DNA of 64,000 nt from Candidatus Doudnabacteria bacterium RIFCSPHIGHO2_01_FULL_46_14 (GTDB lineage Bacteria; Patescibacteriota; Doudnabacteria; UBA920; 2-01-FULL-46-14), in the NCBI GenBank assembly GCA_001779925.1, contig MFEK01000007.1:4108-68107 (forward strand). Direction: 5' to 3'. The translations under genes and the position numbers were made by a program. Of the stretch, positions 54,639 through 63,199 are shown piece after piece. Under the pieces are notes generated by a model, which saw only the letters and a program-made list of their open reading frames with translations, ran no database searches and was not told the origin of the DNA. How positions within the stretch are numbered: the stretch's first letter is position 1; each line of letters starts with the position of its first letter.

Positions 54639-54676
54639 AAGTTTAGGGTAGCTTTGTATATAATTCCCACAATATT

Positions 54677-55957
54677 CTATTCTGAATTAATTGGCCCGCT
54701 ATCTTGTTCGCATTTGCGTAGGCTAATGTAAACATGATCAGCATTTTTGTCAGCACAAGAAACCTCGTCGGCATTAACAGTCTCACATACTGCACGGTTC
54801 AAGGCAATGCCTAAAACCTCACTGCAATACTGAGCGGCTTGCAAAATCTGCCCGCCCATCACGGCTTCATTGCCCACACCCTCACTGCCGGCAAAATCTG
54901 CAGCTAATGCCCCGGTTTTGCCAAGTGCTCCGCCATAATGGCAGGAATTAACTGGATAGGCACACTGACCGCAGATTTCCGCACCCCTGGTATAGTTGCA
55001 GACCTCGCCGCCTTGCTCAAAGGTCGAAACCCCTCCCGCATCAGGCGCTTGCGTACGAATGCAGGAAACAAGCCGGTCAAGGTCCGGATCGGTGCGACGC
55101 GGATGCGGCGCATTGTTTTGCTGGGCCAAAATCTCCGGCGCACTGCACATGGCAGTCAAACCGCTTTCCACGATTCCTGCGACACTGCCCGTCACTCCCG
55201 ACAGGCTCCCGCCGACGCTATTCAGCGAGTCGCAGACCTGCTTGGGAACCCCTATATATTCCGTATAATCAAAAGCTTCCAGAAGCGATAGCAGCCCTTG
55301 CGGATTGCAGACTATATAGAGAGGCCAGACAATAAAAATAACCAGGAGCAAGACTACCAATAAAATCGCACCAAGATCTATGACAGCCAGCTGAACCTTC
55401 TGCGCTATCGAGAATTCGCCAAACAGTTTTGATCCGAGCTTCGAAGCCAAAAAATGCGCATTCAAATATAAAAAAGGAATTATCCATCCGAATAAAGTAA
55501 GAATGCTGACCCAAAATGCTGTGAAAGCAGTGTACAATAAATACCAGCTGGCAGAGCTTTTGGCGATATTAGTCAAGCTTTCACCCTGCATTGCGCCTGA
55601 TATCGCTCCTCCCAGGGCTGCCGATTTTCCGCCGCTCATTTTTCCAACCTTGCCTTTGTATTTAGTTTTATTGAAAGCTTTCCTTGCAAGCCCTTTGCCT
55701 TGAGCAAATTTTGCAGCTTGACCGCCAGCAAAACTTGACGCGGCTTTGCGCCCGGCGCCATGATGGCCTGTTCCAGCTTCCTTAAAACCATGAGCCCCTT
55801 CACGAAATTCGTCGGCCAGGTCGTGCTGGCCTGCCATATAAGCGCCAAGTTGGCCGGCCCTCATGGCGTATTTACCAAGCTTCAAAAGCCGTTTTTTGTT
55901 TTTGCTGCTTGTAAGTTTGTCTAGATTATGCAGCTCTTCTTCGGTCAAGGTTGCCAT
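54677..55957 (-). CDS. Membrane protein with Cys-rich extracellular domain
   Basis: Basic Gly/Ala-rich N-terminus, about 3 TM helices, many Cys. Confidence 0.75.
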   Translation of the reverse strand: MATLTEEELHNLDKLTSSKNKKRLLKLGKYAMRAGQLGAYMAGQHDLADEFREGAHGFKEAGTGHHGAGRKAASSFAGGQAAKFAQGKGLARKAFNKTKYKGKVGKMSGGKSAALGGAISGAMQGESLTNIAKSSASWYLLYTAFTAFWVSILTLFGWIIPFLYLNAHFLASKLGSKLFGEFSIAQKVQLAVIDLGAILLVVLLLVIFIVWPLYIVCNPQGLLSLLEAFDYTEYIGVPKQVCDSLNSVGGSLSGVTGSVAGIVESGLTAMCSAPEILAQQNNAPHPRRTDPDLDRLVSCIRTQAPDAGGVSTFEQGGEVCNYTRGAEICGQCAYPVNSCHYGGALGKTGALAADFAGSEGVGNEAVMGGQILQAAQYCSEVLGIALNRAVCETVNADEVSCADKNADHVYISLRKCEQDSGPINSE

Positions 55958-56948
55958 AATACCTTCTCTTAGTTGCAAATTGATCAAAAGTCTTGTCTAC
56001 CAGTCTGGCCAGTGTTTTATTTCGCGTGATCATTTTCCCCGCTTTGAAAAGCGGAGCGTAAATTTCCCTCCCTATCCCGGCTGTCCTTGCCACAGCAGCG
56101 CTTCTTGTCAGGATCTTTGCTCCAAGAACCGAACCCTTGACTGCTTTGGTGCCGATTGCACCAACGCCGGTCATGTCTAGAATGAAAAAACTGCCTCCTT
56201 CTAAAGCGTGCAAAGCGCGCTTCCAACCGGACAATTTTTGTCCATCTAACGTTTTTCCCTTTACTGCTTCAACCAGCATTTTCGCAGGACCAATGACAGG
56301 AATGAAATCAATGCCTGTGGAAGCGATTTTTTTTAATCTCCCGCCGTCGCCTGCCTCCTCTGCTTGTTTAATTTCTTTTACGGTGCTATCAAAGCTCTCT
56401 TTCGGGATAGCTAATTTGAATTTTTCTACTACTCCCAGAGCAGTCTTTGCCAGATTTTTATAATCAGAGCCGTCTTCGACTTTATCGAGCGCCTGAGATA
56501 TCTGTGGCGCAAGAGTGCGCAGTTTTTCCAATATCTCCAGCGATTTTTCGGAAAAAGTTTTTTTCTCGCGCAGGCTTCCAAAAAAAGCCAGCGCTTCTTG
56601 GGCGAATCTTTCTGAGGCTGTATCCAGGTCTTTTGATTCAAAAACTTCTGATAGAACCCGGCCCAGCTCCTGCTCGGCGGTTTTATCAACAACTGGCTCA
56701 GCATCAGATTCGGGGTTATCTTCCACATTTTCCCTTAAACCGATTGATGCTCTCACTTCTTGAATCTTTACTTCGTCATCAGCTTCTCTCTCGTAGACTG
56801 TGGCGTCCCACGCCGCCTCTCCTTCTTCATCATCCAAAGCTTCTTCCATAGTTGTGATATGTGGTGTTGCCCGCAATTCCCGCAAACCCTCGCGGAATTG
56901 ATGGGTTTTATCGAGATCGGCCTGGTTTTCCTGAAGTCTTTCCGTCAT
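55926..56948 (-). CDS. Protein with pre-toxin TG-like segment
   Basis: IDFIPVIG..K..VEAVKGKTLDGQKLSGWKR; ATGA overlap with the VirB4-like gene. Confidence 0.65.
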   Translation of the reverse strand: MTERLQENQADLDKTHQFREGLRELRATPHITTMEEALDDEEGEAAWDATVYEREADDEVKIQEVRASIGLRENVEDNPESDAEPVVDKTAEQELGRVLSEVFESKDLDTASERFAQEALAFFGSLREKKTFSEKSLEILEKLRTLAPQISQALDKVEDGSDYKNLAKTALGVVEKFKLAIPKESFDSTVKEIKQAEEAGDGGRLKKIASTGIDFIPVIGPAKMLVEAVKGKTLDGQKLSGWKRALHALEGGSFFILDMTGVGAIGTKAVKGSVLGAKILTRSAAVARTAGIGREIYAPLFKAGKMITRNKTLARLVDKTFDQFATKRRYYGNLDRRRAA

Positions 56949-58759
56949 TGCTTTTCCCCTTCCATCTCCTCTTTGGCGCGGTCGATTTCCATGCGCTGGC
57001 GGGGGTCGGTCGTGATGATCTGGTCCTCGGTGTAGGAGGCTACAATGCGGATCGCGGCGTGTTTGAGGCCGGCAAAAAAGATGCCCTCGCCAACCTCGCT
57101 CTCCAATAGCAGATATTTTTCCCCTTCAGTCAGGAAAAAGGTCTGGGCCACTGTGTCAATCGCGGCCGGCGATTGTTTTAAAAGAAGCTGGATGGACGAG
57201 TTGGTAACAATCGGCCGGCCATAGGGACTCGCCAAAAAATCTGACACGTCCTGAGTTATAGTTGTAACCCCCAAATAATATTTCCTAGCGCGTTTGACTA
57301 GCCCGAACAAAAACCTGGCAGAGTCCTCGTGCTGCATCATCCACCACGCTTCATCCACGACAAGGATGCGCTTCTTCAGAGACGAACGCACTTCATTCCA
57401 AATAAATCCGAGAACGACATAGATCGCAATCGGTCGAAGGCTATCCTCCAAATCGCGCACGGAAAAAACCACCAGCTGATTATTCATATTAATGTTGGTG
57501 GACTGGTTGAAAATTCCGGCAAACGTGCCTTCCACGTATTTGCCCAGCCGCTGGGCCAGAGATTCCGCTCCGGTTATGCCGGAAAGAACATTGACTAAAT
57601 CCTGCATGGTGGGCATTTCTTTGCCGACAAAATCACTCCCCGGAGTAATGTCGCGCGTGGCATAAGTTTCCCAGAGAGCGCGATCCAGCATGGCTTCTTC
57701 CGTGGGATCAAGCTTGCCGAGCATGAGACCCATGAGTCCCATGAGGCTGATCACGGCTGAACGCAAAATATCCTCTGGCGATTCATCCTCGATGCCCTTT
57801 GGCAGATCAAATGGATTGATGCGCGAGTTCGAGTTGAGCGACACGTTCAAGAACGACCCGCCGACCGCCTCAGCCAAATGCTTGTATTCATTTTCCGGGT
57901 CAATCGCGATCACGTCCGTGCCGAGCATCAACGAGCGTAAAATATCAAGTTTTATAGCGTACGATTTGCCGGCACCTGATTTGGCGAAAATCACAGAGTT
58001 GGCATTTTCCATTTGAAACCGGTCAAAAAGTATCAAGCTGTTATTGTGGCGGTTGATACCGTAAAGAATTCCGTCATTGGAGCTAACCTCTGCCGACACA
58101 AACGGAAAAGTCGTGGACAACGGGCCAGTATTCATATTCGCGGTTATGGCAAGCTCATCGCTGCCCAGGGGAAGCGTGGAATTGAACCCTTGCTCTGCCT
58201 GCAGAACCGCCCTTTTACTGACAATGAGCTTGGAAGATAAAAGCGATTCCACGTTTGCCGATATCTTGTCGAGACTAGCCAGATCATCAGCGTAAATCGT
58301 GTAATAAAGCGCGAAACGGAAATAACGCTCCGTGCCCTGCATCAGAGCGTCGCGCAGCTCCTCAACATCGCGATAAGCTGTTTCCAGCATCGGATCCCGC
58401 ACTGCTCCTTTCTGCTGGTTCATGGAAATGGTTGCCTGCAGCTGCCCGACTTTGTTTTTTAGTTTTTTCATGACCACGTCCGTTTCCATGGGATAAATAA
58501 ACATGGAAATATCCATGGGCTGGTCAAGGTTGATGAGCGGCGACAGCCAGTTGGAGGAGAGAAAACGCGGATAGGTCAGCACAAAAAAAGTACGCGCGTA
58601 TTTGCCTGAAACCTGGATATGCGTAGATTCGATCTGCATTGCGGAAGGCGCGATCAGATCGAGAAGCGAAGTCATGCCTTTTTTAAAGGCTTGCTCGGCC
58701 TCCAATATCTCGCGGCCGACAGCGGCTTCAGTAGATTTATTTTTGTTGAATAATTTCAT
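56945..58759 (-). CDS. VirB4-like ATPase
   Basis: AKSGAGKS, IDPENEY, VVDEAW, RKY, ITQD. Confidence 0.92.
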   Translation of the reverse strand: MKLFNKNKSTEAAVGREILEAEQAFKKGMTSLLDLIAPSAMQIESTHIQVSGKYARTFFVLTYPRFLSSNWLSPLINLDQPMDISMFIYPMETDVVMKKLKNKVGQLQATISMNQQKGAVRDPMLETAYRDVEELRDALMQGTERYFRFALYYTIYADDLASLDKISANVESLLSSKLIVSKRAVLQAEQGFNSTLPLGSDELAITANMNTGPLSTTFPFVSAEVSSNDGILYGINRHNNSLILFDRFQMENANSVIFAKSGAGKSYAIKLDILRSLMLGTDVIAIDPENEYKHLAEAVGGSFLNVSLNSNSRINPFDLPKGIEDESPEDILRSAVISLMGLMGLMLGKLDPTEEAMLDRALWETYATRDITPGSDFVGKEMPTMQDLVNVLSGITGAESLAQRLGKYVEGTFAGIFNQSTNINMNNQLVVFSVRDLEDSLRPIAIYVVLGFIWNEVRSSLKKRILVVDEAWWMMQHEDSARFLFGLVKRARKYYLGVTTITQDVSDFLASPYGRPIVTNSSIQLLLKQSPAAIDTVAQTFFLTEGEKYLLLESEVGEGIFFAGLKHAAIRIVASYTEDQIITTDPRQRMEIDRAKEEMEGEKQ

Positions 58760-58831
58760 GGTTTTACGAATTACGAATATTTACGAATGTACGAATTCGT
58801 AAATTCGTACGATTCGTTATTCGTAAAGCTT
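58760..58831. repeat. Family D2 empty TACGAA inverted array
   Basis: Nearly the fused ends of the 61394-61860 element; fills the gap from stop to ATG. Confidence 0.9.
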
Positions 58832-59508
58832 TATTCATTTATCTCTATCCCCTTAATATTATCAGCGTGCAGGATGGAGGCAGAATCCAGGTTATAGGCC
58901 TGGTAAAGGAGCTCAACTAGTTCCTCCGTGGTCAGCAAAAGCGAACGCAGTCCCACACCGCCGAGCTCTGATATAACGTGATTGGTGCGCTCATCCAGCT
59001 TGGTCTTCGCGCGATGGAAATCTCCCTGAGAGGTTGCAATCTGGGAAAGCGGATTGAAAAAGGTTCTAATCCTTGACCCCCAGGTTTGTTTTACCGGCTG
59101 GGCCGAATACGGCACCACGACATAGAAATTTTTCTGCATGATATTGGCAAACTCCACAAGCTTGCCGACGTATTCGATGTACTCGGTCATTTGGATCCGC
59201 AGCAGCTCATTGGTTTGTCCAGCGGCCAGGCCTTTGAGCTTCTCCAGATAACCGCCGATGTCGAGAATGCGCGAGTGGATCAAAATCTGCAAAGGAAAAT
59301 CTATGGAGTTGAGCATGCCCTGATAAGCGCTAACTAGCGCATTTTGCTCGTCTTCCGATTTTAGAGCGAAATTCGTCGAAGACACCGCGATAACCGCGCG
59401 CAGTGAGCCGTCTTTTAGTACCAATGTGTCTTCTTTTATTTCCGCCACATTGATATATTTTTGGGTGGAATACGAGGGGCCTTTAGTTTTTGCTTTTTGC
59501 ATTTCCAT
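58831..59508 (-). CDS. VirB4-associated (TraC N-terminal-like) protein
   Basis: NFALKSEDEQ, LNSIDFPLQI, FYVVVPY. Confidence 0.8.
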   Translation of the reverse strand: MEMQKAKTKGPSYSTQKYINVAEIKEDTLVLKDGSLRAVIAVSSTNFALKSEDEQNALVSAYQGMLNSIDFPLQILIHSRILDIGGYLEKLKGLAAGQTNELLRIQMTEYIEYVGKLVEFANIMQKNFYVVVPYSAQPVKQTWGSRIRTFFNPLSQIATSQGDFHRAKTKLDERTNHVISELGGVGLRSLLLTTEELVELLYQAYNLDSASILHADNIKGIEINE

Positions 59509-59511
59509 AAT

Positions 59512-59627
59512 GGCTACGAACTACGAAATGAATACGAAAATACGAAACGAATCTTGAAAATATTGTATATAAATAAATGGATTAGCGTCATTTTTTCGTA
59601 TTTTCGTAAGGATTCGTAGTTCGTAGC
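59512..59627. repeat. Family D1 inverted array overlapping the prgI 3' end
   Basis: GGCTACGAACTACGAA...TTCGTAGTTCGTAGC. Confidence 0.8.
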
Positions 59628-60043
59628 AGCCGTTCTTCTTCCGCGCTCTGCGCATCCAAAATGTAAGCTAAATTTTTAAGCCGCGATGCGACTGGGGCGT
59701 CTTGTGATCCTACGGATTCCTGAACCGCGGCTTGTTGCTGCTTGTGCACTGTTATGGCGCTCCCCTGTCTTGAAAAAACGCGATACCGCGGCGCTGTCAC
59801 GAAACGCATGAGGTTGGGCAGATTGACCAGCAAGGATCGGCCGTTGAATTTATAGAAAGTTACGGGCAGGATGACCAGAAGCGTTAAAAGCATTAAAATC
59901 GCAAAAATAAAACCAACTCCGAAAATCACCCAATAGACGAGCCCCAGAATCCCGCAAAAAATCAGCATCAGAAACTGCTTGACAGTCAGGTGCGGGAGAA
60001 TCTGATCCTCAACATCTACGAATTGTGGGAGAGAATACTGCAT
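59588..60043 (-). CDS. PrgI family protein
   Basis: PQFVDVEDQI..LTVKQF, two TM helices, K.NGR. Confidence 0.85.
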   Translation of the reverse strand: MQYSLPQFVDVEDQILPHLTVKQFLMLIFCGILGLVYWVIFGVGFIFAILMLLTLLVILPVTFYKFNGRSLLVNLPNLMRFVTAPRYRVFSRQGSAITVHKQQQAAVQESVGSQDAPVASRLKNLAYILDAQSAEEERLLRTTNPYENTKK

Positions 60044-60044
60044 A

Positions 60045-60600
60045 GGCTACGAATTACGAACGAATACGAAAAATACGAAATTATTGAGCATTGACAATTC
60101 TTTTATACGCAACCCCATTAGCAGTAAAGTTTGCCAAGATTCCTAAAGATAAATTGAAAGCTTTCAAATAACCAAGAACCTGTTCAATGTTTTTATTCGA
60201 AAAGTTTCTGCCGTTTTTTATTTCCAGTATTACCTTGTCTTCAATAAGAAAATCGAGAAAATACTTACCTATTTTAGTATCTTGGTACTTTAATTCTATA
60301 GGCACCTGCTCTTTAAACTTTAAACCGCTTCTTTTTAATTCCACATTATTTAAAGCTCTCTGGTAATGCTTTTCGAGATAGCCGCTTCCCAACTCTTTAG
60401 ATACCTTAAATAAAACACCCATTATTTGATAACTCAATTCCGGATATATTAAATCCTTTCTTTTTAGGAGGGTTTTTTGCACTTTTGTTTCGTATTTTCG
60501 TAAGTATTCGTAGTTCGTAGCCAATTTATTATAGCATAAATTGAAAAAATAACAAAAAACCTCCTTTTCGTATTTTCGTAAGTATTCGTAGTTCGTAGCC
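60045..60600 (-). mobile_element. GxxExxY cassette D1
   Basis: Left arm 60045-60080; right arm duplicated exactly at 60488-60522 and 60566-60600. Confidence 0.7.
60081..60524 (-). CDS. GxxExxY protein (PD-(D/E)XK-like)
   Basis: GYLEKHY, DFLIEDKVILEIK, QVLGYL; start uncertain. Confidence 0.9.
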   Translation of the reverse strand: MATNYEYLRKYETKVQKTLLKRKDLIYPELSYQIMGVLFKVSKELGSGYLEKHYQRALNNVELKRSGLKFKEQVPIELKYQDTKIGKYFLDFLIEDKVILEIKNGRNFSNKNIEQVLGYLKAFNLSLGILANFTANGVAYKRIVNAQ

Positions 60601-60601
60601 T

Positions 60602-61390
60602 CTATAATCTCTTGAGATTCGTCCGGAAATCGGTCAGGGTCTCGAATTCCTCACGCGAAAGCTCCGTGTTTTTTTCGTGGTTCAGAAGAGCCATACCAAC
60701 CTTGAGATAGGATTTATGCAAGGGGCTTTTTTCAAACGCTAGAAGGATTTCTTCCGCAGGAATCCGTTTCGCTATCAGAGATAAGATATATTGATTTAGA
60801 TTTTCCAAAAATACATAGATGGAAGATTCGCGTCGGAGATCCTCCATAGACAGAGACGCCAGCTTGGCAAGCTCGGGAATGACAGGCTTTTGTGGAATGG
60901 CGTCAGGCCTGCGAATTGATGCTGGAATGTTGAATTTGGAATTTGGAATATCGGCTTTTGGTATTGTGGATTCTTTCTTTACCGGAAGTGGAATTTGCGG
61001 TTTGGGTTTTTCAATATTCAATATTCGAGATTCTATATTCTTTTGTGCGGGCGGAGCAGGAGGCTCGGAAATCCGCGGACGATTCATTATAGTCGGAGCG
61101 GGTGCTTGAGGCGCAGGTGGTTTTATATCAGTAACAGGCGCCCGTAACTCCCTCTCTCTACCTCTTAGATCAAGAGGGGGTTGCCCGCCTCGACTCGCTC
61201 CGGCGAGGCTGGGGGGGGCGTTATTGAAAACTTTTGACGGCAGCTTTATTGATAAAATCCGGTCAAGCTCTTTTATTTCCTGCTCAGTCATTCTGGGCAA
61301 CAAAAATAGCCATTCTTTCTTCTCGGTCATTGATAACATACTGGATGACTCGATTCTTTGTTTGATCTGAGTAAACTGTTCTGGGCTCAT
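60602..61390 (-). CDS. Hypothetical protein with repeat-laden linker
   Basis: Helical termini; linker contains family C and heptamer inserts. Confidence 0.7.
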   Translation of the reverse strand: MSPEQFTQIKQRIESSSMLSMTEKKEWLFLLPRMTEQEIKELDRILSIKLPSKVFNNAPPSLAGASRGGQPPLDLRGRERELRAPVTDIKPPAPQAPAPTIMNRPRISEPPAPPAQKNIESRILNIEKPKPQIPLPVKKESTIPKADIPNSKFNIPASIRRPDAIPQKPVIPELAKLASLSMEDLRRESSIYVFLENLNQYILSLIAKRIPAEEILLAFEKSPLHKSYLKVGMALLNHEKNTELSREEFETLTDFRTNLKRL

Positions 61391-61393
61391 CTA

Positions 61394-61860
61394 GGTTTTA
61401 CGAATAACGAATCAATACGAATGTACGAATTATAAATTCACCAGCCTCTTAAAATGTAGTTTACGTGGAGCAAAGTAGGCTAGAATGCCCAATCTTAGTT
61501 TGTTTGCATGTAAATACTGTAATACTTGATCTATATGTGCCTTGGCAAAACGATCGCCTTTCTTGATTTCCAGAATAACTTTATCCTCTATCAAAAAATC
61601 TAAAAAATTCTTACCGATGACTTGACCATTATAAATGACAGGTACACAGACCTGTTCTCGAAAATCGAGACTACTATTTTTTAGAGCTAACGCTATTGCC
61701 TTTTGATAGGTCTTCTCACTTAAACCATAACCGATTTTGTTATAAACGTCGAACAGTATTCCTGTTATTTGATAACTTAACTCAGGATAAACAATATCCT
61801 CTCTTTTCAATACGGGTTTCGTCATTCGTAAATTCGTACAATTCGTTATTCGTAAAGCTT
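61394..61860 (-). mobile_element. GxxExxY cassette D2
   Basis: GGTTTTACGAA.. left arm and ..TTCGTAAAGCTT right arm bracket the gene. Confidence 0.7.
61430..61825 (-). CDS. GxxExxY protein (PD-(D/E)XK-like)
   Basis: GLSEKTY, DFLIEDKVILEIK, QVLQYL. Confidence 0.9.
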   Translation of the reverse strand: MTKPVLKREDIVYPELSYQITGILFDVYNKIGYGLSEKTYQKAIALALKNSSLDFREQVCVPVIYNGQVIGKNFLDFLIEDKVILEIKKGDRFAKAHIDQVLQYLHANKLRLGILAYFAPRKLHFKRLVNL

Positions 61861-61864
61861 ACAA

Positions 61865-63196
61865 CTACACTTCTTCTTCTAGCTTCTTCTCCAGCTCCTG
61901 CAGCTTTTGCTCCACTCTGTCATCGCCGGACACTACCTGCCCGCCTTCCTCCTTACTGCCGGCCCGCGCGACCGCCGCGTTTACGGAAAATGATCGCTCC
62001 TCCTCCTGTATTTTATGAAGCTCCTCTAGGGTTGAGGGTTTGGCTACGGGTGAAATAGGCCTTGGCGGAACCGCAGGCGCGGGAGGCATGGCTGCGCGCG
62101 TCATAACTCTGCCGGCCGAAGGCAGGTTAGGCATCAATTTCGGCGGCCTGGGCGGCGGAGGGAGAACTCTCTTGGGCGATTGGCGATTGGCGATTGGCGA
62201 TTGGGTCGGCGGTATTTTGCTAGTCGCTAATCGCTGTTCGCTAATCGCTGAGCTGGGCCTTATCTCGCTGATGAGCTCTCGTGGGGTCAGCCCCTGCGCC
62301 TGTGAATTGGCAGGAGGAGGCTGAGGTTTCACAGCCGCTGGTGGAGGCGGGGTCTGCTGCGGTCTGGGAATTTGAGGCGGCCTAACCTGCGATGCTGAGG
62401 GCGAGCTGGCCCTCGGTATAGGTACGGTAACATGCTCGGCTCTGTAATATGGCGCTGTCCTAGGAATTTGCGCTGCCGGTAAAAAGCTTTTCAGCCAATC
62501 ATATAACTCAAGCACTCTCCTCAGAATAGTCTTTTCGTCCTCGCGCAGTCCCCTAACATTCGGACTATGGGTGACGTAGGACGCGCGCTCGACCCCTCCC
62601 CTTTTGACCTGGCCGCCCGTAGTACCCGCAAGCGACACAGAGTACTGATTGTAATCAATGATCCAGTTCGAGACAATAGGATCCTCGTCATGTTCCCTGC
62701 CTTTGAGCTTCAAGCTTACTGTGCCGAGATACTCCTCGCTTGTTTCCATGGCTTTTACCAGCGTCTTGGCAATTTCCTGCTGGCCGTCGGGAAATTTATA
62801 GTAGACTAAAAAGAGATCATTGATCTTTTGAGTGATGTCAAAATCGAGAACCTCCATAGTAGAAAGAAGATTCTCTTTCATAAAAGTTGAAACATCGTTG
62901 GGGGACATCATTACTAAAAAGCAAGCTTTGAGAACGGACAGGAGGCGCATATATTCCTCAAAGATATCTGGCCTTTGGTTCACCAGGTCGGGAATTTTTT
63001 CCAGATGCTTATGCAGGATCTGCAATGCCCGCGAAGCATCAGCGCTGTCGCTGCTGTCCGCCGTGTCCATAACAAATAGCTTCACCTGTGCCATAATCCG
63101 TTCATCGCCAAGCCATTCAGGCTTGAGCAATTCAAAATTCTTCCAGGTAATGGAGGCGATATTTTGAGGAGTCAGATTTTGCTGTTCGTTGGCCAT
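61865..63196 (-). CDS. Hypothetical protein with Pro-rich C-terminal half
   Basis: 443-aa ORF in the T4SS-like operon. Confidence 0.75.
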   Translation of the reverse strand: MANEQQNLTPQNIASITWKNFELLKPEWLGDERIMAQVKLFVMDTADSSDSADASRALQILHKHLEKIPDLVNQRPDIFEEYMRLLSVLKACFLVMMSPNDVSTFMKENLLSTMEVLDFDITQKINDLFLVYYKFPDGQQEIAKTLVKAMETSEEYLGTVSLKLKGREHDEDPIVSNWIIDYNQYSVSLAGTTGGQVKRGGVERASYVTHSPNVRGLREDEKTILRRVLELYDWLKSFLPAAQIPRTAPYYRAEHVTVPIPRASSPSASQVRPPQIPRPQQTPPPPAAVKPQPPPANSQAQGLTPRELISEIRPSSAISEQRLATSKIPPTQSPIANRQSPKRVLPPPPRPPKLMPNLPSAGRVMTRAAMPPAPAVPPRPISPVAKPSTLEELHKIQEEERSFSVNAAVARAGSKEEGGQVVSGDDRVEQKLQELEKKLEEEV

Positions 63197-63199
63197 ACT

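Larger units (their letters stand above)
51883..54668 (+). mobile_element. IS1595-family element with passenger genes (2786 bp)
   Basis: Perfect 27-bp TIR GGGAATTATATACAAAGCTACCCTAAA; 8-bp target duplication ACAATATT. Confidence 0.95.

Noticed and set aside
58760-61860. TACGAA arrays as CRISPR
   Set aside because: Units are 6-11 nt, degenerate and inverted, with no spacers and no cas genes.
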